From a virus (Duplodnaviria > Caudoviricetes): a stretch of 39,940 nucleotides of DNA. A model generated the notes under the pieces. The model had not been told where the DNA came from and did not search any database. It was given only the letters and a program-made list of their open reading frames with translations. Shown here one piece after another: positions 1 to 8,535 of this stretch. Made by a program: the position numbers and the translations under genes. Within the stretch, counting starts at the first letter, position 1. Each line of letters begins with the position of its first letter. The stretch spans positions 1-39,940 of IMG/VR virus record IMGVR_UViG_3300014208_000946; one strand, written 5' to 3'.

Positions 1-195
1 AATAACGCCCATAAAATAATAACCAGGGCTTTGGATGCACTTAAAAAAGCCCGGGTAACTGCCCCCCCCTGGGCCAACATAATATACCCCCCCCCCCCGA
101 CAATGCCGAATTCATGGCGATAAAAACTTTGCTCATAAAATCCTCAAATTGCTCGGGGGTCATGTGATCGTTTTTAATGCCCTCGCTGGTATTCT
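1..195. repeat. Terminal overlap copy 1 (circular assembly overlap, error-rich left of the C12 tract)
   Basis: Aligns with 39746-39940 (aataacgcc...aacataatata-C12-..caatgccgaattcatggcgataaaa). Implies a circle of about 39,745 bp. Confidence 0.93.
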
Positions 196-832
196 CGCCG
201 GCGCCTTTATAATTCACATTATATGGCGGATCGGTAAAAATTAAATTAGCCGTCTGTTCTTTCATTAATTTTTGGACATCCTCCAAATCAACGCTGTCGC
301 CGCACATTACGCGATTCTTGCCCAGTATAAAAATATCGCCTTTTTTAATTTTCGGTTCAACGATTTTTTTAAGCTCTTGGTCAACATCAAATTCCTCGTC
401 ATTCTCTTTGTCACCAAGCAAATTTTTAAAATCCATTTGGTCGCTGATTTCTTTTTCGGAAAAACCAACTTCCGCCAAAACATCAAATTGGAAATTATCC
501 AATAATTTACCCCATTCCCAGTCGCCGTTATTTTTGTTTAAACGCAGGTTTAATTCTTTTTCCTCCTCGGTGGTTAATAGTCTGTTGGGAACGCGCACAT
601 CGACCTCTAAAATTTCCAGCTCGGCCAAAATTATTAATCTTTGGTGACCGCCAATGACTTTATTGTTTAAATTAATAATCAATGGATCGGCCAAATTAAA
701 TTTTGACAGGCTTGTTTTAAGCTGTTCTTTTTGCGTGTCGCTTAATTTTCTCGGATTATAGTCGGCTGGCAGTAATTCGCTTATCTGCCTTTTTTCATTA
801 ATCCAAGAAATATCGATTTTATTTTCATCCAT
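41..832 (-). CDS. ParB-like domain fused to N6A/N4C DNA methyltransferase, N-terminal part (interrupted at a G12 tract)
   Basis: ParB-like N-terminus (YNPRK...IIGGHQR-like), then NRVMCGDS and FTDPPYNV catalytic motif. Continues across the junction into 39275-39831 if one G is skipped. Confidence 0.9.
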   Translation of the reverse strand: MDENKIDISWINEKRQISELLPADYNPRKLSDTQKEQLKTSLSKFNLADPLIINLNNKVIGGHQRLIILAELEILEVDVRVPNRLLTTEEEKELNLRLNKNNGDWEWGKLLDNFQFDVLAEVGFSEKEISDQMDFKNLLGDKENDEEFDVDQELKKIVEPKIKKGDIFILGKNRVMCGDSVDLEDVQKLMKEQTANLIFTDPPYNVNYKGAGENTSEGIKNDHMTPEQFEDFMSKVFIAMNSALSGGGGILCWPRGGQLPGLF

Positions 833-1044
833 ATGCGTTGAAAAATATTTTTAATTTTATAAATTTGGCGAGCGATAAACAAAGAAAATCTGCCACCGAA
901 AGTTCGGCGCCTATTTTTCATCATTCCCTTAACAACTTGTCTAAAAGTTATCGGCTTATGATTTTTATGCCAATTTTCTCGCCTATAACAGCGAGATTTA
1001 CTCAAAAATCTTGGTGAAGTAAAAAATGTTGATGTTAATAACAT
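781..1044 (-). CDS. Small basic hypothetical protein
   Basis: ATG 10 nt after the upstream stop, fills the gap between genes. No recognisable motif. Confidence 0.5.
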   Translation of the reverse strand: MLLTSTFFTSPRFLSKSRCYRRENWHKNHKPITFRQVVKGMMKNRRRTFGGRFSLFIARQIYKIKNIFQRIWMKIKSIFLGLMKKGR

Positions 1045-1054
1045 ATAGTTAATT

Positions 1055-1993
1055 TTAGCACTTTTTAAATTCTTTATCCAGTTCGTATTGCCACACTCGA
1101 ACGAGCTGGTCCATGCTGTGATTTTCCAAAATATAGTTAATTTTTTCTTTCCAGTCGGCTATCCGATTTTCGCTTAATCTGAATCTGATTAAATCGTGGC
1201 GCCAGCCCTCCTCATCGTTGACTTTCCTTTCGATGCAAGGCAAGCCAAGTAAATAGGCGGTAACTGTCTTATTATTGCTTTTAAAATCGTATGGTGGGGT
1301 GTTCAAGCGAGGATTTAAGGCCAAGGTGCATTCCTTGATTTGCTCATTGACTGTTTCCAGCTCCCACTCTTTAAAAATAATTTCTATGTTTTTGTCAAAA
1401 ATAGCTCCCTGCGCTCGCTGATCGGCAATGATGGTCAATGTGTCCTTATTCCCGCCCACGCTCGTCAGAAGCCACATAATTGCCTTTAGGCTCTCAATAG
1501 TTCCCCCGTTGCCGAACCAAACATATTTCATCGGTCCGACTTCATTTTTCGGTTCATTGGGCCAGCCGTAATATTCCAAGTCATGGCCATCCCAAATCGT
1601 GATTGCTGATTTATCCGGGTAGTTTTCCTCAAACCACTTTTTCATCGGCTCGGTGGGGACTATGAAAAAATCAACCGCTTCCGCCATTTCCCTGATTTCG
1701 CTTTCTCTAATCAGCCATTCGGGATCGCATAAATCAAGACCGACTCTTGCCCGGCTGTATTTTTTAACTCTCTTAGCCATTTCCACAAACTTTTGATTAA
1801 AGCACTTTTGAAAAATAACGATGTTATATTTTAAAAGGTCTATTTCCGAAGTTTTTTCATCGGCCAAATCGGCTCCGAGATATTTTGCCGGCCATTCCGC
1901 CCGAAAGCGCGCGCTGGCGGCGTTCCTATGCTGGGGACATTGCAAATAAAATGGCAAAAATATTATTTTAGCTTCCGGATAATTTTCGGACAT
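1055..1993 (-). CDS. Putative GT-B fold glycosyltransferase
   Basis: ASARFR...P, IVIFQK, GLDLCD, VWFGN and KSNNK...AYLLGLP motifs resemble GT4-like proteins. Confidence 0.75.
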   Translation of the reverse strand: MSENYPEAKIIFLPFYLQCPQHRNAASARFRAEWPAKYLGADLADEKTSEIDLLKYNIVIFQKCFNQKFVEMAKRVKKYSRARVGLDLCDPEWLIRESEIREMAEAVDFFIVPTEPMKKWFEENYPDKSAITIWDGHDLEYYGWPNEPKNEVGPMKYVWFGNGGTIESLKAIMWLLTSVGGNKDTLTIIADQRAQGAIFDKNIEIIFKEWELETVNEQIKECTLALNPRLNTPPYDFKSNNKTVTAYLLGLPCIERKVNDEEGWRHDLIRFRLSENRIADWKEKINYILENHSMDQLVRVWQYELDKEFKKC

Positions 1994-2687
1994 ACATTTC
2001 CTTGTTTTTTATAAGCTCCTCGTTTTTTAAATCTCTCGACCTGTTAAAAGAGTCATGGTCGTGATAAATAATGGCGGTCGGAAAAAATCTAAAGATTAAT
2101 CCTTGCTGGGACAATAACCAACCAAAATGTCTATCCTCAAATCCATAACCAGTGAATTCCTCATCAAATCTCGCCCCGGCCAAATCGGCTTTTAAAATAG
2201 CGCAAGTGCCGGTGGTATAATGCATATGGCCAAAAATGCCCTGACTTTGTCTAACCATATAAGCCCGCGGATTTCCCGGTTCCAAATATTCCACCGGTTG
2301 CAATCGGTCAATTTCAATAGCCAAACTTTGGCGATTAGAACTGCGGTATCCGACCAAACATTCGCCTTTGTTTATTTTCTGATATTCTCTTAAAAGTTTG
2401 GGGTGGGGCAGGCAATCATCATCGGCAAAAATAACCAATTCGTTGGTGGCCGCCTCGATGCCTAAATTTCGCGCCTTAGCCGGCCACGCTCGATCACGGC
2501 TTTCGGTATTGACATAAGTGATGCCTTTGAAAATGCTGGCGATTATTGTCGTCATATCTTGCGAGCCGTCATCAGCCACGATAATTTGCAAATCATCGCA
2601 AAAATATCGCTGGAGCATTATCGACTTAATGTGATATACCAAAGTCGCAAAGCGGTTATAGGTTGTGATGATGTAGCTGACTTTCAT
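1968..2687 (-). CDS. Glycosyltransferase family 2
   Basis: VSYIITTYNR, IIVADDGSQD, ARNLGI, FADDDC (DXD), FDEEFTGYGFED. Confidence 0.93.
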   Translation of the reverse strand: MKVSYIITTYNRFATLVYHIKSIMLQRYFCDDLQIIVADDGSQDMTTIIASIFKGITYVNTESRDRAWPAKARNLGIEAATNELVIFADDDCLPHPKLLREYQKINKGECLVGYRSSNRQSLAIEIDRLQPVEYLEPGNPRAYMVRQSQGIFGHMHYTTGTCAILKADLAGARFDEEFTGYGFEDRHFGWLLSQQGLIFRFFPTAIIYHDHDSFNRSRDLKNEELIKNKEMYVRKLSGS

Positions 2688-2788
2688 CTTGTTATTCTAT
2701 TTTATAAATAAAAAGCGCACCACCAAGCAAAAGCAAAAACCAAAATAATAAATGTTATAGCTTGCCAATTTTCAATAAAAAAATATCA

Positions 2789-3022
2789 TCATATTTCAAT
2801 TTGCTTAATTCTTTCGTCTGTTGTGACTTTAATAAATAACTTTTCTGGCGTAAATGTTAATTTAATAAAAGGGGTTTTATGTTTTTGGCGATCAAAAATA
2901 CTTATAGATTCCCCAGTCACCAAACAATGTTCCTCAACAGTTACTCCATCAGATTGGTCTTTAACAAGACGAATGTTTATTTTATTTGTTTTTAATTTTT
3001 TAGCTAAAAAATCAAACATATT
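2789..3022 (-). CDS. Hypothetical protein
   Basis: Within track ORF 2789-3049. Likely start near MFDFLAKK, next to the upstream stop. Confidence 0.6.
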   Translation of the reverse strand, partial: NMFDFLAKKLKTNKINIRLVKDQSDGVTVEEHCLVTGESISIFDRQKHKTPFIKLTFTPEKLFIKVTTDERIKQIEI

Positions 3023-3653
3023 ATTGCTTTTTGTAGCACACGCCAACAATAAATATTCCGCGTTTATTAAAATTGCTTAAATCGTTAGTCTTGACGCGTT
3101 CAAATTTAACGATTTCCAAGCTCTCTTGGATGTATAATTCCTCGTGGTCAAAATAATGGTCAATCAGTTTTTTGGCCGATTCGAAGTCATAGACGACTTT
3201 GTGAAATTTGCTCGGATTGGCAAGAGGGATTGAATAAATAAATTTTCCGTCCTCGGCCAGCAATTTTTCCACACCCTCCAAAAATAAGTTTGGGTCATCC
3301 AAATGTTCGATGGTTTCAAAGCTGGTAATTAAATCATATGTTCCTATCATGAATATGTCTGATAAATCCTCTTTTTCAAAATCAACTGTTTTGAAAAATC
3401 CCCAATTTCCAGTAAATTCACGGGAAAAATCTACCGCTTCTTTGTCTATATCGGCTCCGGAAAGATTGACAGCCCCGAGCATACCCATCATTTTTAATCC
3501 ATAACCCGTGCCACAGGCCACATCAAGAATTCTGCCGACTTTGGCATATCGCATCGCCAGCGAATATCTAATCATGTGTTCTGCGAAAGTCAACGAATGG
3601 CAAGTATTGTTCGGCACCACGCGTTCCCCTGTAAAAATTGGTCTGTTTTCCAT
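3021..3653 (-). CDS. Class I SAM-dependent methyltransferase (glycan-cluster type)
   Basis: FTGERVVP, EHxxRY, ILDVACGTGYG, YDLITSFETIEHL. Confidence 0.92.
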   Translation of the reverse strand: MENRPIFTGERVVPNNTCHSLTFAEHMIRYSLAMRYAKVGRILDVACGTGYGLKMMGMLGAVNLSGADIDKEAVDFSREFTGNWGFFKTVDFEKEDLSDIFMIGTYDLITSFETIEHLDDPNLFLEGVEKLLAEDGKFIYSIPLANPSKFHKVVYDFESAKKLIDHYFDHEELYIQESLEIVKFERVKTNDLSNFNKRGIFIVGVCYKKQ

Positions 3654-3657
3654 ATGA

Positions 3658-3849
3658 TTATTTTCTCTTATCCCACTTTTTCATCTCAATAAAGACGAGG
3701 GCGGGGAACCCGGCGTATAAAATTCCGCCGGCAAATGACCAGATAGCGCTTTCGTTCATGGCCATTAATGATCCTAAAATACCCAGCGAACCAATAACAA
3801 TGTTGATGGTTCCGATAACTTTAATTAGCGTTTTCATTTGTTTTTTCAT
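3658..3849 (-). CDS. Small two-TM membrane protein
   Basis: Two hydrophobic segments and a basic C-terminus. Start uncertain (3864, 3849 or 3837). Confidence 0.7.
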   Translation of the reverse strand: MKKQMKTLIKVIGTINIVIGSLGILGSLMAMNESAIWSFAGGILYAGFPALVFIEMKKWDKRK

Positions 3850-4597
3850 GCTCTTGCGGCTCAATGTCCGTTTTTGAGCTTAATTTATATTTTTCGTTAA
3901 ATTTTGTTCTATTTTCGGCTCGGTATTTATTGGCATCGGGGATTAATTCGATTGTCTTGCTTTCAAAATGATGAATCAAAACATTGGTTGTGGTCTGCGG
4001 CGCGTGGCCAGCATTTTTAAATCTCATAAACAAATCAGTATCCTCATACCAAAGTTTGTCAAATTGCTCATCGATAAAATATCCCTGCTTGGGCTGGGCC
4101 AGCTTTTTAATGCAGTCCTGTCTAAAAATAAAGAAAAAACCAGTCGCTCCGTTGCCGATCTGTTTTTGGTCATTTTTAATTTGCATCGCTTTTTGATGCC
4201 AATTGTCCGGCATCGCTTTATGCGTGAATACTGGACTTAAGCACCAAATATTTTCATTCTCATCTAAAATTTTAACCATTCTTTGCAGGCAGTCGTTGTC
4301 AATCACGATGTCATTATTTAAAACCGCGATATATTTTCCAAACGCCTCTTTAATGCCGATATTCCACGCCTTGGCTACGCCAAGATTTTCATCATTTTTA
4401 AATATCTTTATTTTGCTGAACAAATTAAGCTCAACGCTTTTTTCCAACCAGTCAAAATATTTCTGCATGCCATCCTCGGTGCTGTGATTGTCCACGATAA
4501 TCAATTCGTATTCAATCTTGGTGGTTTGCTGAATCAGCCCGATAATCAGCTGAGTAAAAAATAGGTTGTTGTAAGTGGGGATGATAATCGAAATCAT
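3821..4597 (-). CDS. Glycosyltransferase family 2
   Basis: ISIIIPTYNN, IIVDNHS, NLGVAKAWNIG, LNNDI, WYEDTD, HHFESKT. Confidence 0.93.
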   Translation of the reverse strand: MISIIIPTYNNLFFTQLIIGLIQQTTKIEYELIIVDNHSTEDGMQKYFDWLEKSVELNLFSKIKIFKNDENLGVAKAWNIGIKEAFGKYIAVLNNDIVIDNDCLQRMVKILDENENIWCLSPVFTHKAMPDNWHQKAMQIKNDQKQIGNGATGFFFIFRQDCIKKLAQPKQGYFIDEQFDKLWYEDTDLFMRFKNAGHAPQTTTNVLIHHFESKTIELIPDANKYRAENRTKFNEKYKLSSKTDIEPQEHEKTNENAN

Positions 4598-4695
4598 AAA
4601 AAATTTATTATCAAGACAATAATTGTTCCGAATACTAAAATTGTGATTAAAATAATTTTCACAAATTCTCTAAGTAATTGCCTTAAATATGTCAT
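4594..4695 (-). CDS. 33-aa single-TM protein (not in ORF track)
   Basis: MTYLRQLLREFVKIILITILVFGTIIVLIINFL*, with ATGA overlaps to both neighbours. Confidence 0.7.
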   Translation of the reverse strand: MTYLRQLLREFVKIILITILVFGTIIVLIINFL

Positions 4696-5795
4696 AATTT
4701 TGTTATTTTTTTGCTGAATGTTTCCAATGTCGATTTTAAAATATTACGCCAATGGTCGTTAACTTCAGCCCCGGGGATGGTATAAACCAAATCCTCGATC
4801 TGCTTGGACAAATTTTTAACTTCCGAGCTTACCACATGGCCGTTTAAAACATCGCCGATTAATTTAAGCCAATCCTTGCGGTATCTTTCTGGTGAAAAAT
4901 GATGCATGGCGGTTTTGCGCCCCTCCTCACCGATTTTCTTGGTCTTGGCTGGATTGCGCCGGCACCAGTCTAAAATCTTAACGGCTTCCTCAATATCGTG
5001 TCCGCTTATTAAAAAGCCGTTTTTTCCGTCAATAATGTATTTATCCCAGTCGTGATATGGCGTGCTGACCACGCAACAGCCCGATAGCATAGCCTCGGTT
5101 CGGCCGCGTGGCATCGGGGAATGGATGGTCGGGTTAAAATAAATCAAACTTTCCGATAAATATTTACGATAATCGTCAAAATTTTCAAAAATAATGTCCT
5201 GCCCGATGTGGGTGATGTCTATTTTTTCTTTAACATCTTTTAAAAAATAGCGGTTATAGTATTCGGCCCAGCCGTCTTTTTCAAGATTGTAATTCGGGCT
5301 TAATGTGATAATTATCCGATTTTCTTTTTTGGCGGCCGGTTTAAATTCCGCCGGCGAGATGCCATGGATGATATGTCGGCCGAATCCCCATTCGCGCCAA
5401 GCCTGATCACTATTTACCAGCATCGGATTGTCGCCGATCATTTTTTTCATTTCGTCTTTCAGCTCATCGCTGTCCTTTCCGCAAAAAAATGGCGTGCCGT
5501 GATTTAAAACCAGTTTAGGGATGTCTTGGATTTGTTCATTTAAATATTTGTAGGGGATACCTTTTTTATCGCCATATAGGCATTGCTGGTCGAGGTGCAA
5601 AATAGCCATGTCGTATTCGCCCGGCTTGTAGTGGTCGATAAAAAACAAGTTTTTAGGCACTGGGCGCGATTTTTCATTCCAAGATTTAATTTTGTTTAAC
5701 AAAAAATAAAAATTAAACTCCGGGAATGTTTGCATCAGCGTGTATTGGTGAGCTACATGCCAGCTATAACCAAAAATTTTGAGCTTATTTTTCAT
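4692..5795 (-). CDS. GT-B (GT4-like) glycosyltransferase
   Basis: SPMPRGRTEAMLSGCCVV, IIDGKNGFL, IGEEGRKTA..HFSPERY. ATG at 5795 preferred over the TTG at 5807. Confidence 0.9.
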   Translation of the reverse strand: MKNKLKIFGYSWHVAHQYTLMQTFPEFNFYFLLNKIKSWNEKSRPVPKNLFFIDHYKPGEYDMAILHLDQQCLYGDKKGIPYKYLNEQIQDIPKLVLNHGTPFFCGKDSDELKDEMKKMIGDNPMLVNSDQAWREWGFGRHIIHGISPAEFKPAAKKENRIIITLSPNYNLEKDGWAEYYNRYFLKDVKEKIDITHIGQDIIFENFDDYRKYLSESLIYFNPTIHSPMPRGRTEAMLSGCCVVSTPYHDWDKYIIDGKNGFLISGHDIEEAVKILDWCRRNPAKTKKIGEEGRKTAMHHFSPERYRKDWLKLIGDVLNGHVVSSEVKNLSKQIEDLVYTIPGAEVNDHWRNILKSTLETFSKKITKL

Positions 5796-6057
5796 TGCCG
5801 TGATCAATTAATTGGCTGATTGGTTGACAGCGCAATTGTTTAATGTCATTTTCTAAAAAATCAATCATTTTTTCTTTGTGGGTTTTTTCGTGAATTAACT
5901 GTCTGTTTAAAATATCGATGTCAGATGATAGGTCGGGGTTTAAAATTTTGGCTTGATTATTAAATCTAATCGTAAAATCAAGGTCATACCAATCGGATTT
6001 AAATTTTTCAAGCATTTTTATGGCTGTGCCTATTTTTTCCTCGTTGGTGATAATCAT
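5785..6057 (-). CDS. Hypothetical protein downstream of the initiator
   Basis: Tightly packed ORF, 90 aa. Confidence 0.7.
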   Translation of the reverse strand: MIITNEEKIGTAIKMLEKFKSDWYDLDFTIRFNNQAKILNPDLSSDIDILNRQLIHEKTHKEKMIDFLENDIKQLRCQPISQLIDHGNEK

Positions 6058-6061
6058 AAAA

Positions 6062-6619
6062 TTAATGGATTATTTTTCGCTTAATTAGGTCTGTTCTCAT
6101 GTCGGCCAAAACCTTTCTTTTTCTTTCATTATTTTTTGAGTTATCCACAGGTTGTCCCCCTTTTAAATTTAAAGTTTCTATTTCTCTTTTTTTCCCTTTC
6201 TTTTGTGGGTCAAATAAACTGACTTGTTTGAGTCTATTTTTTTGACCACTTATGGTCAATTTTCTTGACTGGTCTATTTTCTTGACTACCTCACTGATGA
6301 TCATTTCAAGGTTAAGTTTATAGGCATTAATATTTCCGTCTTTATTGGCAAAAATTGCCTTAGAATTAATCAGATTTTTTAATGCTATGCCTACGCTTTG
6401 CCTTGATAATCCTGTCCCTAAATCTAAAATTTTGCCATCTCTTGATTTAATTCCTTTGACAAATTGGGTGAAACTTATTCTATCGCTCTTTTTATGAAAT
6501 CCAAATGTGCGCCGGCAGATATAAAGCAGGCATTTCCCCTCGGCTTCGGGTATATTTGGCAAAAGAAAATCTAAAATGATATTTGGTATTTGAGTCGAGT
6601 TAGGAATTATCTTGCTCAT
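6062..6619 (-). CDS. Replication initiator, lambda O-like N-terminal wHTH
   Basis: TQIPN.., LYICRRTFGFHKKSDRISFTQF, TGLSRQSV. Internal iteron array. ATG at 6619 preferred. Confidence 0.85.
   Translation of the reverse strand: MSKIIPNSTQIPNIILDFLLPNIPEAEGKCLLYICRRTFGFHKKSDRISFTQFVKGIKSRDGKILDLGTGLSRQSVGIALKNLINSKAIFANKDGNINAYKLNLEMIISEVVKKIDQSRKLTISGQKNRLKQVSLFDPQKKGKKREIETLNLKGGQPVDNSKNNERKRKVLADMRTDLIKRKIIH
6141..6287. other. Putative replication origin: four 17-bp iterons, AT-rich tract and DnaA box
   Basis: RGTC-N9-GACY at 6208-6224, 6231-6247, 6254-6270 and 6271-6287. T-rich 6160-6205. TTATCCACA at 6141-6149. Confidence 0.8.
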
Positions 6620-6622
6620 AAG

Positions 6623-6642
6623 TTTTCCACAGTTTTTCCACA
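6623..6642. promoter_or_regulatory. Two tandem DnaA boxes in the initiator 5' leader
   Basis: TTTTCCACA at 6623-6631 and 6634-6642 (match TTWTNCACA). Confidence 0.65.
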
Positions 6643-6662
6643 AATGCTTGTGGTCTAATAAA

Positions 6663-6691
6663 ATTATACCACTTTAATAAAAACTTGACAA
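6663..6691 (-). promoter_or_regulatory. Sigma70-type promoter of the initiator/glycan operon
   Basis: TTGTCA-17 nt-TATAAT with extended -10 TG. Confidence 0.85.
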
Positions 6692-6697
6692 ATACCT

Positions 6698-7093
6698 TTA
6701 TCTTTCCATTTGCCGGCCGTCTTTGCGCGGATCAGGTTCCTCTTTGATTAAACGCTTGGTTGATTGGATTTTCTCGTATAAATCTTGGCGGAAGTTCTTG
6801 ATTTTTCTATAAACCAAATATTCGGTGGAGGCCTTGGCTCGCATTTCGGCATCGGCATTGCTGTCCGATATATTTCGCAGTTCACTCATTTTGCGATAAA
6901 AAAAACTTTCAAATTCGGCCTCTAAAGTTCCCAGTCGGCAAAGATAACTGCTAAGCATATTGAGCCAATTTTCCGCTTGGCCCGGCGTTACCATGTCAGG
7001 CGGAGTCTTGGCGATCGTGTCCGTAACCTTTAGGATTGTATTTATCAGCCCCATAGCCTGCGACTGATTCGTGGTCAATTTGTCCTCTGTCAT
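6698..7093 (-). CDS. Hypothetical helical protein
   Basis: 131-aa ORF with ATG start. Confidence 0.75.
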   Translation of the reverse strand: MTEDKLTTNQSQAMGLINTILKVTDTIAKTPPDMVTPGQAENWLNMLSSYLCRLGTLEAEFESFFYRKMSELRNISDSNADAEMRAKASTEYLVYRKIKNFRQDLYEKIQSTKRLIKEEPDPRKDGRQMER

Positions 7094-7301
7094 ATTGGTA
7101 TAAATAAATTTCTTGCAGTTTTATCTCAAATTCTTTGTTAAAAGTCGCTTTTTCGTGGCATCTATGGCAGAGAAACACCGACGGGCTGAACCGGCGCTCG
7201 CTTCCCCGCCACAAATGATGTTCCTCGAGGCCCGATCCCCATGCTGTGGCCGGGCAATAGAAACATTTTTGTGGGTATCGTTTATATTTAGCTTCCTGCA
7301 T
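6996..7301 (-). CDS. HNH-like zinc-binding nuclease
   Basis: CFYC...EEHH...LCHRCH pattern. Real start probably MQEAKY at 7301. Confidence 0.65.
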   Translation of the reverse strand: MQEAKYKRYPQKCFYCPATAWGSGLEEHHLWRGSERRFSPSVFLCHRCHEKATFNKEFEIKLQEIYLYQYDRGQIDHESVAGYGADKYNPKGYGHDRQDSA

Positions 7302-7611
7302 CGTCTTTTTTGTCCTCCTCAGAGGCCACAGGAGCCTCAACCTCGTCATTTTTAGGCTCGGTCTGCTCTGCGGTGGCTTCCTCGGATTCAGCCTCGTCTT
7401 GGGCGGTTTCCTGCCCATTTTCGGCCTCATCTGAAGCAGGCTCATCCTCCTCGTCAGACTCAACCACGATGCTGTCAATAAAGTCATTGGCCGTATTAAC
7501 GGCATCAATCAATTCATTGACTTTTTCCATCACAATCTTTCTAAACTGCCAATCGGCTAAATTTTCAACCGAACTAATCAGTTTTTCGATTCTATTTTTT
7601 TCCTCGTCCAT
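7288..7611 (-). CDS. Protein with long acidic C-terminal tail
   Basis: Helical N-terminus followed by about 55 D/E-rich residues. Confidence 0.75.
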   Translation of the reverse strand: MDEEKNRIEKLISSVENLADWQFRKIVMEKVNELIDAVNTANDFIDSIVVESDEEDEPASDEAENGQETAQDEAESEEATAEQTEPKNDEVEAPVASEEDKKDDAGS

Positions 7612-7648
7612 ATTTATGTCTTAGTGGCGATTAAATTTTCGCCTTTAA

Positions 7649-7879
7649 TTATTTAATTTTAAAACCATGTTCACAAAAACCACTTACGAAAAAAGAAATT
7701 ATTAATGCCAATGGGCCTAAAAATAGACTCAAAAAAAGACTATCAGACAAGTTTTCTCTGTAGTATTTTTTAGCCATTCCCTCTCCGCCAATAGATAGTG
7801 AAAAATGTTGAGAATCAGCAAAAAGGATACCATACGAAAAAAACGAACAAATTAGCCAAAGAATAATGAAAATAATCAT
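7649..7879 (-). CDS. Small two-TM membrane protein
   Basis: Two hydrophobic stretches. Confidence 0.7.
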   Translation of the reverse strand: MIIFIILWLICSFFSYGILFADSQHFSLSIGGEGMAKKYYRENLSDSLFLSLFLGPLALIISFFVSGFCEHGFKIK

Positions 7880-7893
7880 ATTAATTTAGTTAA

Positions 7894-8535
7894 TTAATAA
7901 ACGCTTGGTAATTCCTCATCATAAATCCTGACTCCCGGTATCTCGCGCGCGCCTCCGGTCACGGCTTTGCGGACCAATCTTTCATCGACCATCAGGTATT
8001 CGCGTGGCACTAACGCTTCATCAGTGACCTCAAACTTGGTCACAGTGCGGAATCTTGTTTGTCCGCTCGCGCTTTCCACCTTGCTTTCCTGCTTTACCTC
8101 GGGGATAAATTCCTGATTCTGAATTTCATTCAAGGCTTCTTTCTTGGCGTTGCCTTTCAATTCTTTAGCCTCCTCCTCCTGTCTTTTTTGCTCGGCCTCA
8201 AATTCAATCCTCTGTTTTTCCTCCTCGGCTTTGCGTTCAATCTCTCTGAATGTAACCATCGTCTTTTTAATGGCCATTTCCAGTTCCTCCAGCGGTTTAA
8301 GTGAGGCCTTAAAGCTGTTATTAATGTCTTTGATGTGATCGTTCAAAGGCTTGGTAAAAAACACACGCAATTCCTCGATTCTCTTTTTGCGCGCCACAAT
8401 CTGTTTTAAAATTTCCGAGGCCGGCGCCATATCCTCGGCTTTCTCGATTTTAATTTTAGCGCCTTGTTTAACGATGCTTTGGACATCGTTGTTGATTTGC
8501 AGAAGTTTAGTCTGCATGTCCGTGTTTTGGGTCAT
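7894..8535 (-). CDS. Coiled-coil phage protein (Gp157/DUF1351-like, recombination module)
   Basis: IEELR.FFTKPL, C-terminal DEALVPREYL.VDE...G.REIPGVRIY. Confidence 0.7.
   Translation of the reverse strand: MTQNTDMQTKLLQINNDVQSIVKQGAKIKIEKAEDMAPASEILKQIVARKKRIEELRVFFTKPLNDHIKDINNSFKASLKPLEELEMAIKKTMVTFREIERKAEEEKQRIEFEAEQKRQEEEAKELKGNAKKEALNEIQNQEFIPEVKQESKVESASGQTRFRTVTKFEVTDEALVPREYLMVDERLVRKAVTGGAREIPGVRIYDEELPSVY

Noticed and set aside
1-195. Diverged terminal copies as a DGR template/variable pair or true terminal repeats
   Set aside because: No reverse transcriptase. Differences are not adenine-specific and each copy degrades only beyond the homopolymer toward the contig end, typical of read-quality loss.
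6208-6287. CRISPR mini-array
   Set aside because: Repeats are 17 bp with 0-6 bp gaps inside a coding gene, which fits iterons.
7302-7508. Extended N-terminus of track ORF 6996-7508
   Set aside because: Off-frame shadow of the acidic gene. The HNH-like part begins at 7301.
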